NCBI GenBank assembly: GCA_043228905.1
Contig: JBHGNT010000003.1
Location: forward strand, 14,384,001 to 14,448,000
DNA length: 64,000 bases
Direction: 5' to 3'
DNA from: Azolla caroliniana
Lineage: Eukaryota > Plantae > Polypodiophyta
The translations under genes and the position numbers were made by a program. Under the pieces are notes generated by a model. The model did not search any database, was not told the DNA's origin, and was given only the letters and a program-made list of their open reading frames with translations. The number at the start of each line of letters is the position of its first letter. Position 1 is the stretch's first letter. Below, piece by piece: positions 1 through 12,629 of the stretch.

Positions 1-939
1 CCCCATTGATGACCTCGATTTCATTACGTAAAGAAACGCCTATAGCCATAATGATGTTGAGTACGTAGGGCTTCACCCACTTCAAGTGAGGTCGCTCTAA
101 TGACACATGTATCCAACATCCCTCCCTCGTTACATGGATACGATGCCACCATGAGCTCGTTCTTACGAGAGGCATTCGTAATGACGTGACCATGTGATGG
201 GCCATGTGGGCCTACTACAAAATGAGGGCTCATTTGGCTTGACCATTAGGTTGCAATTTGGCGTATGCCATCGTAATTACGAGACTTGAGGTTAGGTAAC
301 GTACCAACATAGTTTTGGTAAATGAGGGCGAAATAAGGACCCTTGACATATATGTTCTTTTAAAAAAAACATATATGATCAAATGCCTCGCATATCTCTT
401 ATACGCATCAAACATTAAGCATTCGAGAAGAGCAACTTACTTGGTTGGCTTAAGTGTTTAATGTATTTGTTCTCGAGGTCTCGAGTTCAAATATGACCAA
501 GACCATACAACATCCTTGATACATATGACTATAACACATGTTTAGACTTAAGGTCTAAGTGCACCTCGGGGTCCTCGTAATAGGACTTAAAGAGCTGAAA
601 CCACATATGTGGGCACCGAAACATAGTTTATTGTTAACATTTTTTTCGTGTATAAACTATTCATGACGCGAACATACATGGTTGAGCCTCGGGGAGCCAC
701 CATGAAAAAATAGATATAGAGATCAGGGAAAGACATTTATTTGTCACTCCCATGGTTTTTAAAACACCTTTGTGTTACCATAGTAACCTGATCTTGAACC
801 TCATCTCATACGTCGAGAGGGGTATTGACGTGAGATACTGATATCGATTAATGCTCGCCCATGATAGGTTTACATCACGACATGATGTTATGACTATCTC
901 TCTGACCTTATCCTATTTCTTTTCCAGAAATAATCTTTA

Positions 940-3900
940 ATGGCTCAAATTAACGACCCGATGTCATCCGCTCAAGCGGAAGGAACTCAAGGGAATCCTC
1001 CTAGACAAATGTCCACTGAGATGTATTTGGCACAAATAACCCAATACCTTAGTTTCACTGCTCAACAGATGACCGAACTTCGGCAATCTCAGAGTGCTCT
1101 TGAGGCACGTGTCATTAGTCTACAACGTGAGACTAATAGACCTGATGAGCGACAAGGTGAACCATCATTTGTCGTTAAGCCATTTACGAGAGACCAAAAG
1201 GAAAGAACCGAAGAGGCAATCTGCACATGGTTGGGACGATGGGAGTCTCATTTTGAGCTCTATCCCACGCCAAATAGTACGAAGATTGCATATGTCGGCC
1301 GAGAACTCGGGGGTAAGGCCGCCGCCTGGTGGCGTGGGCTCCGTACTATGGGGAAATTGCCCGATACCTGGACAAATTTTGTCACGGTTTTTAAGGGCCA
1401 ATTTCTGCAACCTCCCTCTCGAACCGAGGCAACACAAGCTTTAATGAACCTCTCTAGCAGGAAATTTTCCTCACTAGAAGACTATGTTCACCATGCTAGA
1501 ACCCAAATCCAAAAATCGGGTCTAGAAGGGGACAATTGGTTGATAGCTTGTTTTGTCAATGGCATCCCCAATTCGGACTATCAGTGGATAGTGCACGATA
1601 AGGATCCAAAATCCTTCGAAGAGGCCGTTGAAATAGTTCTTTGCTATCAACGCACTTCGAAGAAGGACCACAACAAACCCAACGAAGCGCCCGGGACTAA
1701 GCAGTCGCAATTTGTTGGGAAACGCAAGACACCCAACAAATTCATGGATCGCGATTGTAAGCGACAATATCCTTTTTCGGTATTCTGCAAAAAGAAGGGT
1801 CATACAAAAGATCAATGTCGAAAGCTCCAACGGAAAGAGCACGACAACAAACCTAAAGCTGCAGACCATAAAGGTCAGATTCCTAATGTCCTTCAGGTCT
1901 ATACACATCATTTAAGTAATTGTCAATGTTCGTTCCCTCATTATGTATTGGGTCCCAATGATTTACTATGTGCAAACGGGTATATCAATGGATCTCCCGT
2001 ACAATTTTTATTTGATTCGGGAAGCTCACACAATTTTGTGAATGATCGTTTGGTTTAGATATGGGGAATCCAACCCACCTTAAGTGATCACACCTACACG
2101 GTGCACTTGGCTGATGGAAGAGTACAATACATCAACGGGGCGATTCATTCATTAGGAATTTCTATTGATACTTATATAGAGGAAGTAGACTTCCATGTAA
2201 TGAATCTTTGTACCACCGATGTAATACTGGGTTATCCCTGGTTTTATAATAAAAGCTCTTCTTTATTTATTGATTGGGTTCGCCATTCCATTTCTTTTGT
2301 ACTGAACGATTGTACGCATTTTATTCAATGTGTAAAAAAACAATCCCTCTCGATTGTTTCCTCGTGTCCATCAATATCTGAGTTGTCTTGTTTTACTCTA
2401 TTTTATTGTGTACGTGATCCGGACATTCACGTTTATAATATCGATAATGTCTCGGTTCAATTAACATATTTTGAACAACAACAACTTGATGAAATCTTAA
2501 ATGATTTTCATGATGTTTTTCCAAGTGAACTACCTGATGGGTTACCTCCTAAACGAAATATAGACCATCGTATAGATATTGTACCTGGTGTTGCACCAAT
2601 AAGTATACCTCCGTATCGCTTAAGTCGATCCGAAGAAGATGAGGTATCTAAGCAACTCAAGGACTATTTACGAATGGGTTATACACGTTATAGTAAATCT
2701 CCATGGGGTGCACCAGTTCTCTTGGTTAAAAAGAAAGAGGGCACATGGCGTATGTGTATTAATTACCGACGCTTGAATAAAGTTACAATCAAGAATTCAT
2801 ACCCATTGCCCCAGGCTGACGATCTAATTGACCGTCTCCAGGGAGCTCGGTATTTTACGAAACTTGATCTCTGTTTTGGCTACCATCAAATACGAATAAG
2901 TGAGGACGATGTTCCTAAAACGGCATTTCGTACGCGCTATGGCCATTACGAGTTTTTGGTTATGCCTTTTGGTTTGACCAATGCTCCGGCTAATTTTCAA
3001 CAAGAAATGAATGACATTTTCCGCGAACAACTTGGAAAATTTGTCGTTATTTTCTTGGATGATATTTTAGTTTATAGCCGTACATTACAAGAACATGCTA
3101 GACATGTCCGCTTTGTTTTACAAACATTGCGTGACAAACAGTTTTATGCAAAGATCTCAAAATGTGAGTTCTTCAAGAAATCAATTACTTATCTAGGACA
3201 TCTCATAACCGAACTAGGAGTTGAAATTGATCCTTCTCGCATTGAGAAAATCAAGCTTTGGCCCACTCTTCAGAATATTCGAGAAGTTCCATCATTCCTT
3301 GGTTTTGTCGGGTTTTTGCGAAAGTCTCTTCGTAATTACTCCTAATTGACGACGTCGTTTACTGATCTTTTAAAAGGACAAACGCGTAAGTCTACAAAAC
3401 CTATTGTTTGGAATGCTACACTAGACCTCGCCTTTAAGGAACTCAAGGACCTGGTTTGCAAGGCTCCTTCACTTCTTTTACCTGATCCTTCAAAACCTTT
3501 TGAGGTTGAAACCGATGCAAGTGATTATGCTATAGGTGCTGTCTTATATCAAGATGGTAAACCAATAGCATTCGAGAGTAAGAAACTTGATTCTGCTCAA
3601 TGTCGGTATACCGTTCAAGAAAAGGAATTATTTGCAGTTATACATGCGCTCAGAACATGGCGCCATTATCTTTATGGAAATTGCTTTGTGGTAACTATGG
3701 ACCACGAGTCCTTGAAATATTTTTGTGACCAACAAGACCTGAAAGGTCGTAAGGCACGATGGGCTGATCTCATCCAAGACTTTGATTTTTCCATACGATA
3801 TCGTAAACGTTCCATGAACACTGTCGCTGATGCACTAAGTCGCATCTGTGAAGTTAACATGCTTAGCTTCACTGAAATAAGATCAGATCTTTATGATCAC

Positions 3901-4509
3901 CTTCGAGGAAAGTATCCTGATGACAGTTATTTTGCAAAATACTGGGCAAGAGTTGAGTCTGGAACAGACACCACCACATCCTCGAAGGAATACTTCCACA
4001 TTGCTAACGGTTTGCTCTACCGTAATGGGAAGGTTTGTGTTCCAAATTTACCCGAGGTCAAAAAGAGGATTCTTTTTTAATGCCATGACGCACCCTCAGC
4101 AGGGCACCCTGGAATACATCGTACACTCGTTCTCATCTCCACTCAATTTTATTGGTCTAAGATGCGTCCTGACATACATACCTATGTGACTAAATGTCAC
4201 CAGTGTCAGGTTAACAAAGCCAAGCGACTTAAAGCCGCAGGACTTTTACATCCCTTGGAAATTCCCAATAATAAGTGGGAAAGTATATCCATGGATTTTA
4301 TTGTTAGCCTTCCTCGCACCCAAAAAGGTCATGATGCCATCTGGGTTGTCGTTGATCGACTAACTAAAATGGCGAGATTTATTGCTACTAAAACCACGGT
4401 AATAGCTCCTGAATTGGCTTACCAATTCGTTGACAAATTATTTCGTTTTTATGGGTTACCGATGGATATCGTGAGTGATCGAGATCCAAAGTTTACTAGT
4501 GACTTCTGA
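940..4509 (+). pseudogene. Ty3/gypsy chromovirus-type gag-pol polyprotein (family A relative), in-frame stops, truncated in integrase
   Basis: ORFs 940, 2101, 3346 and 4162 share one frame: gag, degenerate CCHC (SVFCKKKGHTKDQC), protease FDSGSSHNF, RT (FLDDILVY), RNase H (TDASDYAIG...EKELFAV), integrase (CHQCQ, ISMDF, IVSDRDPKF). Stops at 2056, 3343, 4078, 4507. Confidence 0.95.
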
Positions 4510-4511
4510 AC

Positions 4512-4580
4512 CTTATCCACGTGTATAGAATACTACGGTAAATTCTCACCACGGGATATTATATGGTCATGCCTATAACA
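4512..4580 (-). repeat. 5' ~70 bp fragment of an LTR (same family as solo LTR 49674-50181)
   Basis: Near-exact reverse complement of 49674-49742, ending ...GGTCATGCCTATAACA. Confidence 0.85.
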
Positions 4581-7500
4581 GTTTTGTAGCGTCTTATTTG
4601 TGGATTCGGCTAATCCGTTAGCTTGCGGATAATACAGAGTGGTTCGTTTGTGCACCACCGCATAGAATGTCGTTAAGCTCTCCACCGGGCCAACTTACCC
4701 GTGAGTGATGCTTTTGAGACCAAGTAAAGTAGAGGCGAATGGTCTACATGAAAGAAAAGTTTCCTCCCCAATAGATAGTGACGGAACTTGGTGACGCTGT
4801 AGATCATGCCCAAGGCTTCTCTTTCCGTCGTTGAGTAATTACGTTCCGCCTGGGACAACTTCCGGCTGGCATAATACTCGGGTCGGTACCACTTCGGTTC
4901 GGTAAGTTGCATTAATGCGCTCCCAATTGCTATGTCGGACGTGTCTACGAATACGTGGAATTCTTTAGACCAATCCGGAGGTTGCACCACCAGTGCTTGT
5001 TATAGTAGTACTTTTAATGCCCGGTAAGCCTTTTCTTTTGTGTCCGTCCATTGAAATGGTGTCCGGTGCACCGCAACATGCAATGGTGTGGCCAGGTTTG
5101 CCAGATACCGGAGCATCCGGCTATGCCACCAGATTTGTCCTAGGAACCGACTCAATGCTTTCGCCGTGGTGGGTGTCGGTGCCTCCAAAATTGCTTTGAC
5201 CTTGTCCGTGTCTACTGCAATACCGTCCTTGCTAATGATGTGGCCTAGTAATGCACCGCTTGACACTCCGAACACGCATTTCGTCGGGTTAAGGCTTAAC
5301 CGGTAAACCCTACATTTCTCAAGACATAGTCGGAGGTGTTCCCCTTCCCGGTTGTACACGGCAAAATCGTCTAGGAATACTTGCATGAATGCTGGAATAA
5401 ATTCTCCGAAAATCTCCATGATTATCTGCTGAAAAGTTGCCGGCGCCGTTTTAAGTCCGAACATCATGACCACGACGACAAATACTCCCCATTCGGTAAC
5501 AAAAGCGGTTTTCTCTTGGTCGTCGGGGTGCATCCGGATCTGATTGTAGCCGCTGAATCTGTCAAAGAAACTATAAACTTCATGACCGGCTACTGCATCC
5601 AGGACTCCATTCGTAAAAGGGGGTGGGAAGGCGTTGGTTACCGTTGCCGCATACCCTGATTTTTCCGTTCTCTTTTGGTATGACGACTATCGGACTCAGC
5701 CATGTTGCCTTCTTAACCGGTTGGATGAACCCTACCCGTAACAATTTGTCGATTTCGTCCTTTACTTTTGTTGCATAGTTAGGGTTCATCTGGTAGCGCC
5801 ATTGCACCACCGGCTTGGCATCCTTACTCAGATGTATTTGGTGTTGATACAACTGAGGATCTAGCCCGGGCATGTCCTCATAAGACCACGAGAATACTTC
5901 CCGGAACTCCTTTAATAAGGTGATCATTTCCGTCTTCCTTTCTGGAGTCATTTCTTTGGCGATGTGAACCGGTCTTGCGTCTTCTACGGTGCCTAGGTTT
6001 ACCTCTTCCAGTTGAGAGGCTTTTACGCATTGAGATATTGCTGATACTGCCATTTCCTTCTCGAAAGCTTCCTGCGCTTGCCGTAACTCTCAGATGGCTT
6101 CTTTATCCGATTCTTCATCGACATCCTCCGGTTGCATTATATATGGTGCCACTGCTTCAGCGACATAAATTTCAAACAAAGGTACATTTTTTGGATTCTC
6201 TTGTAAGTACTGATCGACCTCTTCATCAACCAATCCTTCAAGCATGTTGACACATTCCGCATACAGCGGTGTCAGCTCCTTGCCGGTACTCAAATGTGGT
6301 TGTGTAGGTACACGTACTTTCGCTTTGCCGCGCCGGAAAGTAATTATGTTTTTCCGCCAGGTTTGCTTGATGTGCACTGTTTTTAGCCATGGGCGGCCCA
6401 ACAACAGTGGGTATGCCCCTTGTGCCTTGAGGTGGAGGACTACTGCCGAAATGCAGAATGTGTGACCTCCGATAGTCACTTCCATCTGGAGCCAGAACAG
6501 GCACGGCTCCCAGTCCTGGATTCCCAGAGTATTACAAGTTTGGAGGCTAATCATGTTCACGCTGGATCCCCCGTTTATAATCGTTCTGGGTAGCTCTCGT
6601 CCCTTGCCGATGGCTATGATAGCCGAACTACTTGTGTCCACTACCATCGGTCCTTCCACCAGATTAGAAAAGAACACCGAAGCCGATGGCGTGTCGATCG
6701 CAGTCATTCCTGACTTCTATTCTTCCGTAAACCAAAGTACTAACTGCAATAGCCGACCTAATGGAGGCGTGATTTGGCATTCTTGCAACACCTGCCATGT
6801 TGGGTTTTCCGCCTGACTATTGCCGGTGGGCTCCTCTGGTTTGTCTTTTTGTTGTTCTAGTTCTGCCACATTCCGCTCATTTTCCTTCTTTACCCATTCG
6901 TTGGCCTGCTTCCGGATGGCTTCTTGAGTTTCCCACTCCGTTGCTTTCCCTTTTGACCTCGCGGTTACTTGTTGTATGTCCGCGACTTCCGCTACCACCA
7001 TGTTTACCGTTGGTCGCTTATCGTAGCTTTTCTCTGGACATTGGTTGCTGTAGTGTCCCTCTTGTCGGCAATAGTAGCAGTAAGCCATCCAGGTGTTGTT
7101 GGATTTTGCTATAGCTCCTGCACCCGGTTGAGGTCCTGTTGTAAGTGCTTGGCTTTGGTCCGGGTGGGTGCTTGGTGTACCCTTTTCCGGCTCCCGTTGG
7201 TGGTCCCCTTCTTTATTGGAATGTCGTTTTTTGTTGAAATGCTTTTTGTTCCGGTAACCCTGTCAGGGCTGGTCGTCATACTTGTCATAGTTCTCCCTTC
7301 GTGGGTTGTAACCGGGGGAGTGATCTCGGTTGTATCGCTCATTCCGTTCCCCATTATAGTCCCGATATCTATCATATCTATCATACCGGTCGTGGTCATA
7401 AGCGTCTCTTTGATCACTGTACTAGACATCTTGTGCCAGTCGGTAACAATCCTCTCGCGGCCAACGCTCTTCTTCCTCCTCCTGGTTGCTTCGTGGTTTG

Positions 7501-8848
7501 ATTTGCCGGACCGGTGGTGCTTGCTGATTCAACAAGTTATACTCCCACCGGTCCGTTGTGTGGTTTCTGGAATGGCAAAGCAGGCATTGAGAACGCATGG
7601 TGAACTCTAGCACCGAGTGTCCGGCATTCAGGCAAGTCGTACATTGAAATGCTTGTCAAAACCGGAGGTCTTCATCGGTTGGTAACGTTCATTGGAGCAC
7701 CCCCATGGTCAGCCATGAGCTGGAGTTTTCCATTTCCCTGAATCGGTCTATGACCTAGTTGACGGAACTCGTGCAGAAATCAATGATTGTGCACACCGTT
7801 TGTAGGGGTTCTTGGAGTGCTGATAGGAATATCGCCTTAGTCTCTTCCTCTGGTTGTGCCAGAGTGAGCTGGCTGTGCATTCTCTGGAATCGGATTACAA
7901 ATTGTTGAATGTTCTCCGTGGGCTCCTGCTGGATAGTATAAAATAGGCCGACCATTTCCCGTTGATCCACCTCTTTGTGAAAAAAGTTTAAGAATTTAGT
8001 TTTCAATGCCTCAAACGTCATTGATGGTGTTGGGATCTTGCATCAACACCATCTAGTGGCGGGCCCTTCCAGGGTCATGCCGAACTCCGCCATCTCTAAG
8101 CGTTCTGCTTCGGCCGTGGTTAAGCGTTATGACACATGATTCGCTTCCCAGGTCTGCTGAAATGCATAGACATGGGCCTCTGTGTCCGGATCATCCCGGT
8201 ACTTGGGATATTGAAACGACATGTCGTCATCCAGTGTTGGAACGCGGGCTGGTGGTGTCGGAGGTCTCTCCTCCTCCTTTGTCGGAGGTCTTTCTTCCTA
8301 TGTGGAAGGTCTTGCTTCTTTTGTGGGAGGTCTTTCTTCCTCTGTGGGAGGTCTTTCCTCCACTGCTTTGGGTGTCCAGGGTTGCTCAGACCTTGGTCGG
8401 TCTGTGGCTTCCAGCTCTATCAATTTTGGTTTTGGTTTCGGTAAGGTATCCAATTCCTCGTCCGCCGGTCCGTCTGGGGTGTCATGACTGCTGTGGTAAT
8501 TGGAATGAGCACTATATTCGCCGTCCGAGTCCGATTCAAAGGCCGAAAACGGTTCTGAATCGCCTTCTCCTGCAGCTAATGCTTGCAGAAGGGATCCCGC
8601 TTGCCGAAGAATACTTAAGCCGCTTCCTTCGTCGGGGTGGAAATCTTGTTGCAAACGGAGTGACTCCTCGGTCACTCGCCGGATCACTTTGGAAAATGAT
8701 TGATCTGCACGAATCTCTTCCACCGCCTGCTAGAAGGTCTCTCTCTTCCACAGCCACTCAGCAAGTCGCCTTGCTCGATCCGTAACCGGTCTGTTCGTTG
8801 GTCTAGTCATCCATTCCCGCAGCTTTTCGCTGCGCTTATGCAGGAATT

Positions 8849-8858
8849 GTGGTCGCCA
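8849..8858 (-). other. Primer binding site TGGCGACCAC (probably tRNA-Arg)
   Basis: Starts 7 nt after the LTR; same motif at 54481-54490. tRNA assignment is from recollection of plant tRNA-Arg(UCG) 3' ends, not checked. Confidence 0.7.
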
Positions 8859-8865
8859 AAAATTG

Positions 8866-9326
8866 TGTTACTCCTAAGGGCTGGACAATAGCCTAACACA
8901 GGGTGTCTACGGAAGACACTTCACCAAAGGGTGTTACGGTGAGATAGAGTTAGACCGACGATTAATCAGACCTATATCGGCTACTTAAGCAACATATCAT
9001 GAATCTTAATACACGTGTAAGATAGAAAGTAATTACCACAGAACGGTAATCAATACACAGAGATAAGACAATAGAGCTTTATTAATTATCCTTCCTTTTT
9101 TACAATGTAACCGGGCCTTTTTATAGATCACCAGCTCTGCGTACAAAACGGTGCCAACCGGCACACGGATATGAATCGGTCCGGATCCGGATCGGCATAC
9201 CGATTCCGGTACATCCGTTCACTTCTCAAAATATACTTAATTACTAATTACTCTAATAACAACTTTCGATAATTCCTGCCCTTTCACCTTCTGGATTGTC
9301 CTCCATTCCTTGCCAGTTGGCTAACA
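8866..9326 (-). repeat. 5' LTR of family B copy 1 (461 bp)
   Basis: TG...CA termini; reverse complement aligns end to end with 54013-54473. Confidence 0.92.
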
Positions 9327-10480
9327 AGTGCGAGGTCGACGTGATTGAGGAGGTAGCCACGAGAAACGACATCGAGAAAGAGATGGCTATGGACGAGTCG
9401 ATGGCGGATGGTCGTGTCGAGACTTTCCCAACACTTGATCTAGAGATTTGGGTAGTTGCGTCTGAGAGCCAACATGAGACCCAAAAGACGGAAAGTGGTG
9501 GGGAAGCAAAGATTGAAGCCAATTCGAATAACAACGTTGACGGAAAGATGGCTATGAATGAGAAGACGGTGATCGATGGTGCCAAGGTTCTCCCCACAAT
9601 TGTTCCTGAGACTTCGGCAGTTGTGCCCGAGAGCCAACATAAGACCGGAGATATGGAAGGTGGCGGCGAAGAGATGAGGGTTGAAGCCAACGCATACGAA
9701 GTAATGATGGCCAACAAAGGAGGCCAAAAACAAAGCTAAAACAAAGTTTGATAAAGAGACAGACAACAACAAGCAAGGAAGAACAAAAGAAAATTTGGAT
9801 GGAAGATGATGCGGTTGGTTTTCCAATCCGAACAAAAGCCAACCCAGAGAGGAGTTGATCGACCGGGTCCTACCCAATCGAAACCTAATTCGGCCGAACC
9901 TAATCAGTCAGACTCGATCTAGATGGGAGTAGACTCACTTGAAGCCAATCGTGTGAGTCTAATTTGGCTGATTGCGAATCCGGACAAAGCCCGACCAAGC
10001 TAGAAGCTAATTGGTCAAGATCGATCCAGACAAAAGTTGAGCTGGCCTGGCCGGAGGTCGAAGTAGACAAGACGTGACACCCGGTCGAGGCTAGTGAGCA
10101 TGAGGAAAAGCAAGCATGAGATGACAAAGGACGATCTGAGGAAGTTTGATGACCAAGGAGATGGTCGAGACGAAGGTGGCATATGTATGATGCATGGAGG
10201 GTTATGCTATGGAGGAGGAAAAGAGGCTATGACAATTGGTCATGGCAATGTGAAGGGTGATCGAATGATATGGTGGATCGGATGGTGATGATGGTTCAAT
10301 TGGAAGGAATGGACGAGCTCAAAATGGAGGGACAAAGGCAATGCAGGCAAGGCACAAGAAAGGAGCAAATCAAAGGTTGACAACCTTTGGCCCCACCACA
10401 TCACACTTTTCCTTCTTGGCACATGCCGGAGGATGTGCGGTTTGGTGGGAGTGGATGTCGTGATCTGGCATGTCTAGTGC
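9327..10480 (+). mobile_element. Probable 3' internal region of an unclassified LTR element with an acidic repeat ORF
   Basis: ORF 9296-9739 has two ~55-aa repeats. Purine-rich run GGTGGGAGTGGA followed by TGTCGTG at ~10456 looks like a PPT plus LTR start. Confidence 0.35.
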
Positions 10481-10589
10481 GAGAAAAAGTCAAAAATTGA
10501 GGATCCACACACATTTCACGAATACTTGTAAAAAGGAAAATAAATCAGTAATAAATAAACCTAGGTCACAATGGCATTGAGTGCATGTA

Positions 10590-10665
10590 GAGGGCTACAA
10601 GTAGGATTTCAACCTTGCACCTCTAAGATAAGAGGCAATTGCCTTAGCACTAAAGCTACTACTAA
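10590..10665 (-). mobile_element. Degenerate tRNA-derived (SINE-like) head
   Basis: Minus strand reads TAGCTTTAGTGCTAAGG (A-box-like) ... AGGTTGAAATCC (B-box-like) at tRNA-like spacing. Confidence 0.4.
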
Positions 10666-10724
10666 GTGCTTTAGATTTTCTATATTTCTTTCTCATATTC
10701 AGTATTCCATAGGAAACAAACATA

Positions 10725-10840
10725 CAAAACCGTGTACACAAAACCATGGTTTTAAGCCCATGGTTTTCTGCATGTCACAAAGCAAAACTGTGTGCACAGA
10801 AACCATGGCTCCAAGCCCATGGTTTTGTGCTTGGACAAAC
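10725..10840. repeat. Two ~58-bp tandem units, each with an AAACCATGG...CCATGGTTT hairpin
   Basis: CAAAACCGTGTACACAAAACCATGG...CCATGGTTTTCTGC followed by CAAAACTGTGTGCACAGAAACCATGG...CCATGGTTTTGTGC. Confidence 0.7.
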
Positions 10841-11249
10841 CTATAAAACCCGTAGTACAGCTTGTGTAAAGGGGTGGGCTCAATATGTGATATCACCATC
10901 AATATAAAATTCTTCTTATAAATATACTTCTTATTTTTCTTCTTCTTTTACCGTCAATCAATATTATTATACTTCTTATAGTTGTCAATCTTTTGATCTT
11001 TTGAAAATGTGACATTGGTTTCCTCGACTCGTATCCACATCATCAAATCTTTTCGACAAGTTCGCGAATGCCCTCTCCGGTCCGAGACCCTGGTGGTCCC
11101 GCTCAAGCGAAGCATGCATGCACGCGCATCTTCGCGACAACGTAAAATATCCGTGTCTATGTGTCTTCACGTTTTTTTGTCTTTGTACTAGTTCTTGGCT
11201 TCTGCACACGAACACGAACATAAACCGGTTGTGGCCGGTCGATTCCTAA

Positions 11250-12217
11250 CAGAAGAGAGGTCTAAGAAGGCTTGCATAAGGAAATGGGCCGGTTAGAAGA
11301 ATTGCACAAAAAAGAGTTGACGCTCTAGAAAGAGGTGAAATCACTGTATGGGATGCAAGCATCCTCCAGTAACAACAAAATCACGAACCTCAAGACGATC
11401 ATCCAGGAAATGAGGGTGAGAACCAAGATGAACACTGAAAGAATCAAGGGAGCGATTCACATGCCAACTCCAAGAGTCACTAGATCAAGGTTGGGCTAAT
11501 TGGGCGGATCAAGCAACAAAGCTTCATACATACCGAGCTGACCAAGAGAATAGGCAGAAAGAAGACAAGGTATTTTACAAACTAAATGAAGAGAGTATCG
11601 CAATGATCCGAGAAGACCTTGCGCAGGAATACCAAGCCCTGGCCGACCGCCACTCCGATGAAATCAAGCAACTATTGGAGGAATTCGGCGACAACCACAT
11701 CGAAACCTCGCTCGAACTCTAGGCATACAAACTCGAACATAAACAAGCGGAGCAAGGAAAAGGATTGGAAACAATAGTGCATCCCGACAGTGACTCCAGT
11801 GAGCACACAGTGGAAGGAAATGACAACATAGCCCCCCTACCACCGCAACACGAAAGACCAGAAGACCAACATCTAGAAGACACCACCATGCCGAACCCAC
11901 CATTAGAGGTGCGTCTGGAACCCGCCGAAACCTCAACAGAAGAAACGCCGCAAGAGGAGTCCCTCAACAACTATCCCCTGGTCAGCCACGAGGAAAGAGG
12001 CTTGGAACTAGAGCAGATGACAAAAGCCGAATTGGAGCTGGGATGGACAACCGAAACAATGGCCGAAGCAGATCCAACAGAACCAACGGGCCTCCCCGAA
12101 CCTATGACACTAGAGCCGACGAAGAAGACCGCGACACCCCTTGATACACCCAGTATAGTCCCCACGGACATGGCCTGGATGTAGCCAAGCATCTTGGACA
12201 TTTTCGACGACACATAA
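11250..12217 (+). pseudogene. Orphan C-terminal remnant of a gypsy extra ORF (homolog of 60504-63581)
   Basis: One frame gives FYKLNEESIAMIREDLAQEYQALA (cf. FYKLE*EDFFAVKDELADDFVALA at ~63010) and ends PSILDIFDDT* (cf. QSILDILDED*). Confidence 0.75.
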
Positions 12218-12629
12218 AATTACCATGTGGGTTCGCCGCACAAGCACTTTCCCACAAGCGTGCCATGTCTTGGCCACCTTCGACGACCAAGTGGGAAATG
12301 GACGAAATGGGAAAAAAGACAAAGGGACGTAAAATGGCTACGACATTCATGAGGGATAATGGTTCACGCTCTATGTGTAACCATCCATGACCCTAAAGAA
12401 AAGGGCATGGAAAACCTATAGAGAGGAGTTGTAATTTTGTATGAAGAACTTTTGAATATAGAATTTGTTTGTCTATGTGTTGTTTCTCTATTTTCGTGTG
12501 GAGCTTTATCAGTGTCGAGTCTACGTACTTTGTGTGTTAAGTGCGTAAGGAGTCGGTTGTAGCCATCTACGTAAACCTCCATTATCTACACAATCGAAAT
12601 CTCTCTAGAACAATTTTTTCTCACAACCA

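Larger units (their letters stand above)
4581..9326 (-). mobile_element. Non-chromovirus Ty3/gypsy element, family B copy 1 (Phygy/Selgy/Athila-like), 3'-truncated
   Basis: LTR 8866-9326, PBS, gag with YCYYCRQEGHYSNQC, protease-like IINGGSSVN, RT (FLDDFAVY), RNase H (VDTSDIAIG...TTEREAL), integrase fragment 4581-4686. Colinear with the plus-strand copy starting at 54013. Confidence 0.93.

Noticed and set aside
435-505. tRNA gene or SINE head
   Set aside because: Only weak A/B-box similarity and no cloverleaf.
6969-7610. Hydrophobic env-like ORFs antisense to gag (also 55705-56343)
   Set aside because: They are the reverse complement of R/D/Y-rich gag codons, and the shared openness reflects recent common ancestry.
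10983-11220. Small solo LTR
   Set aside because: It has TG...CA ends but no TSD and no second copy in the window.
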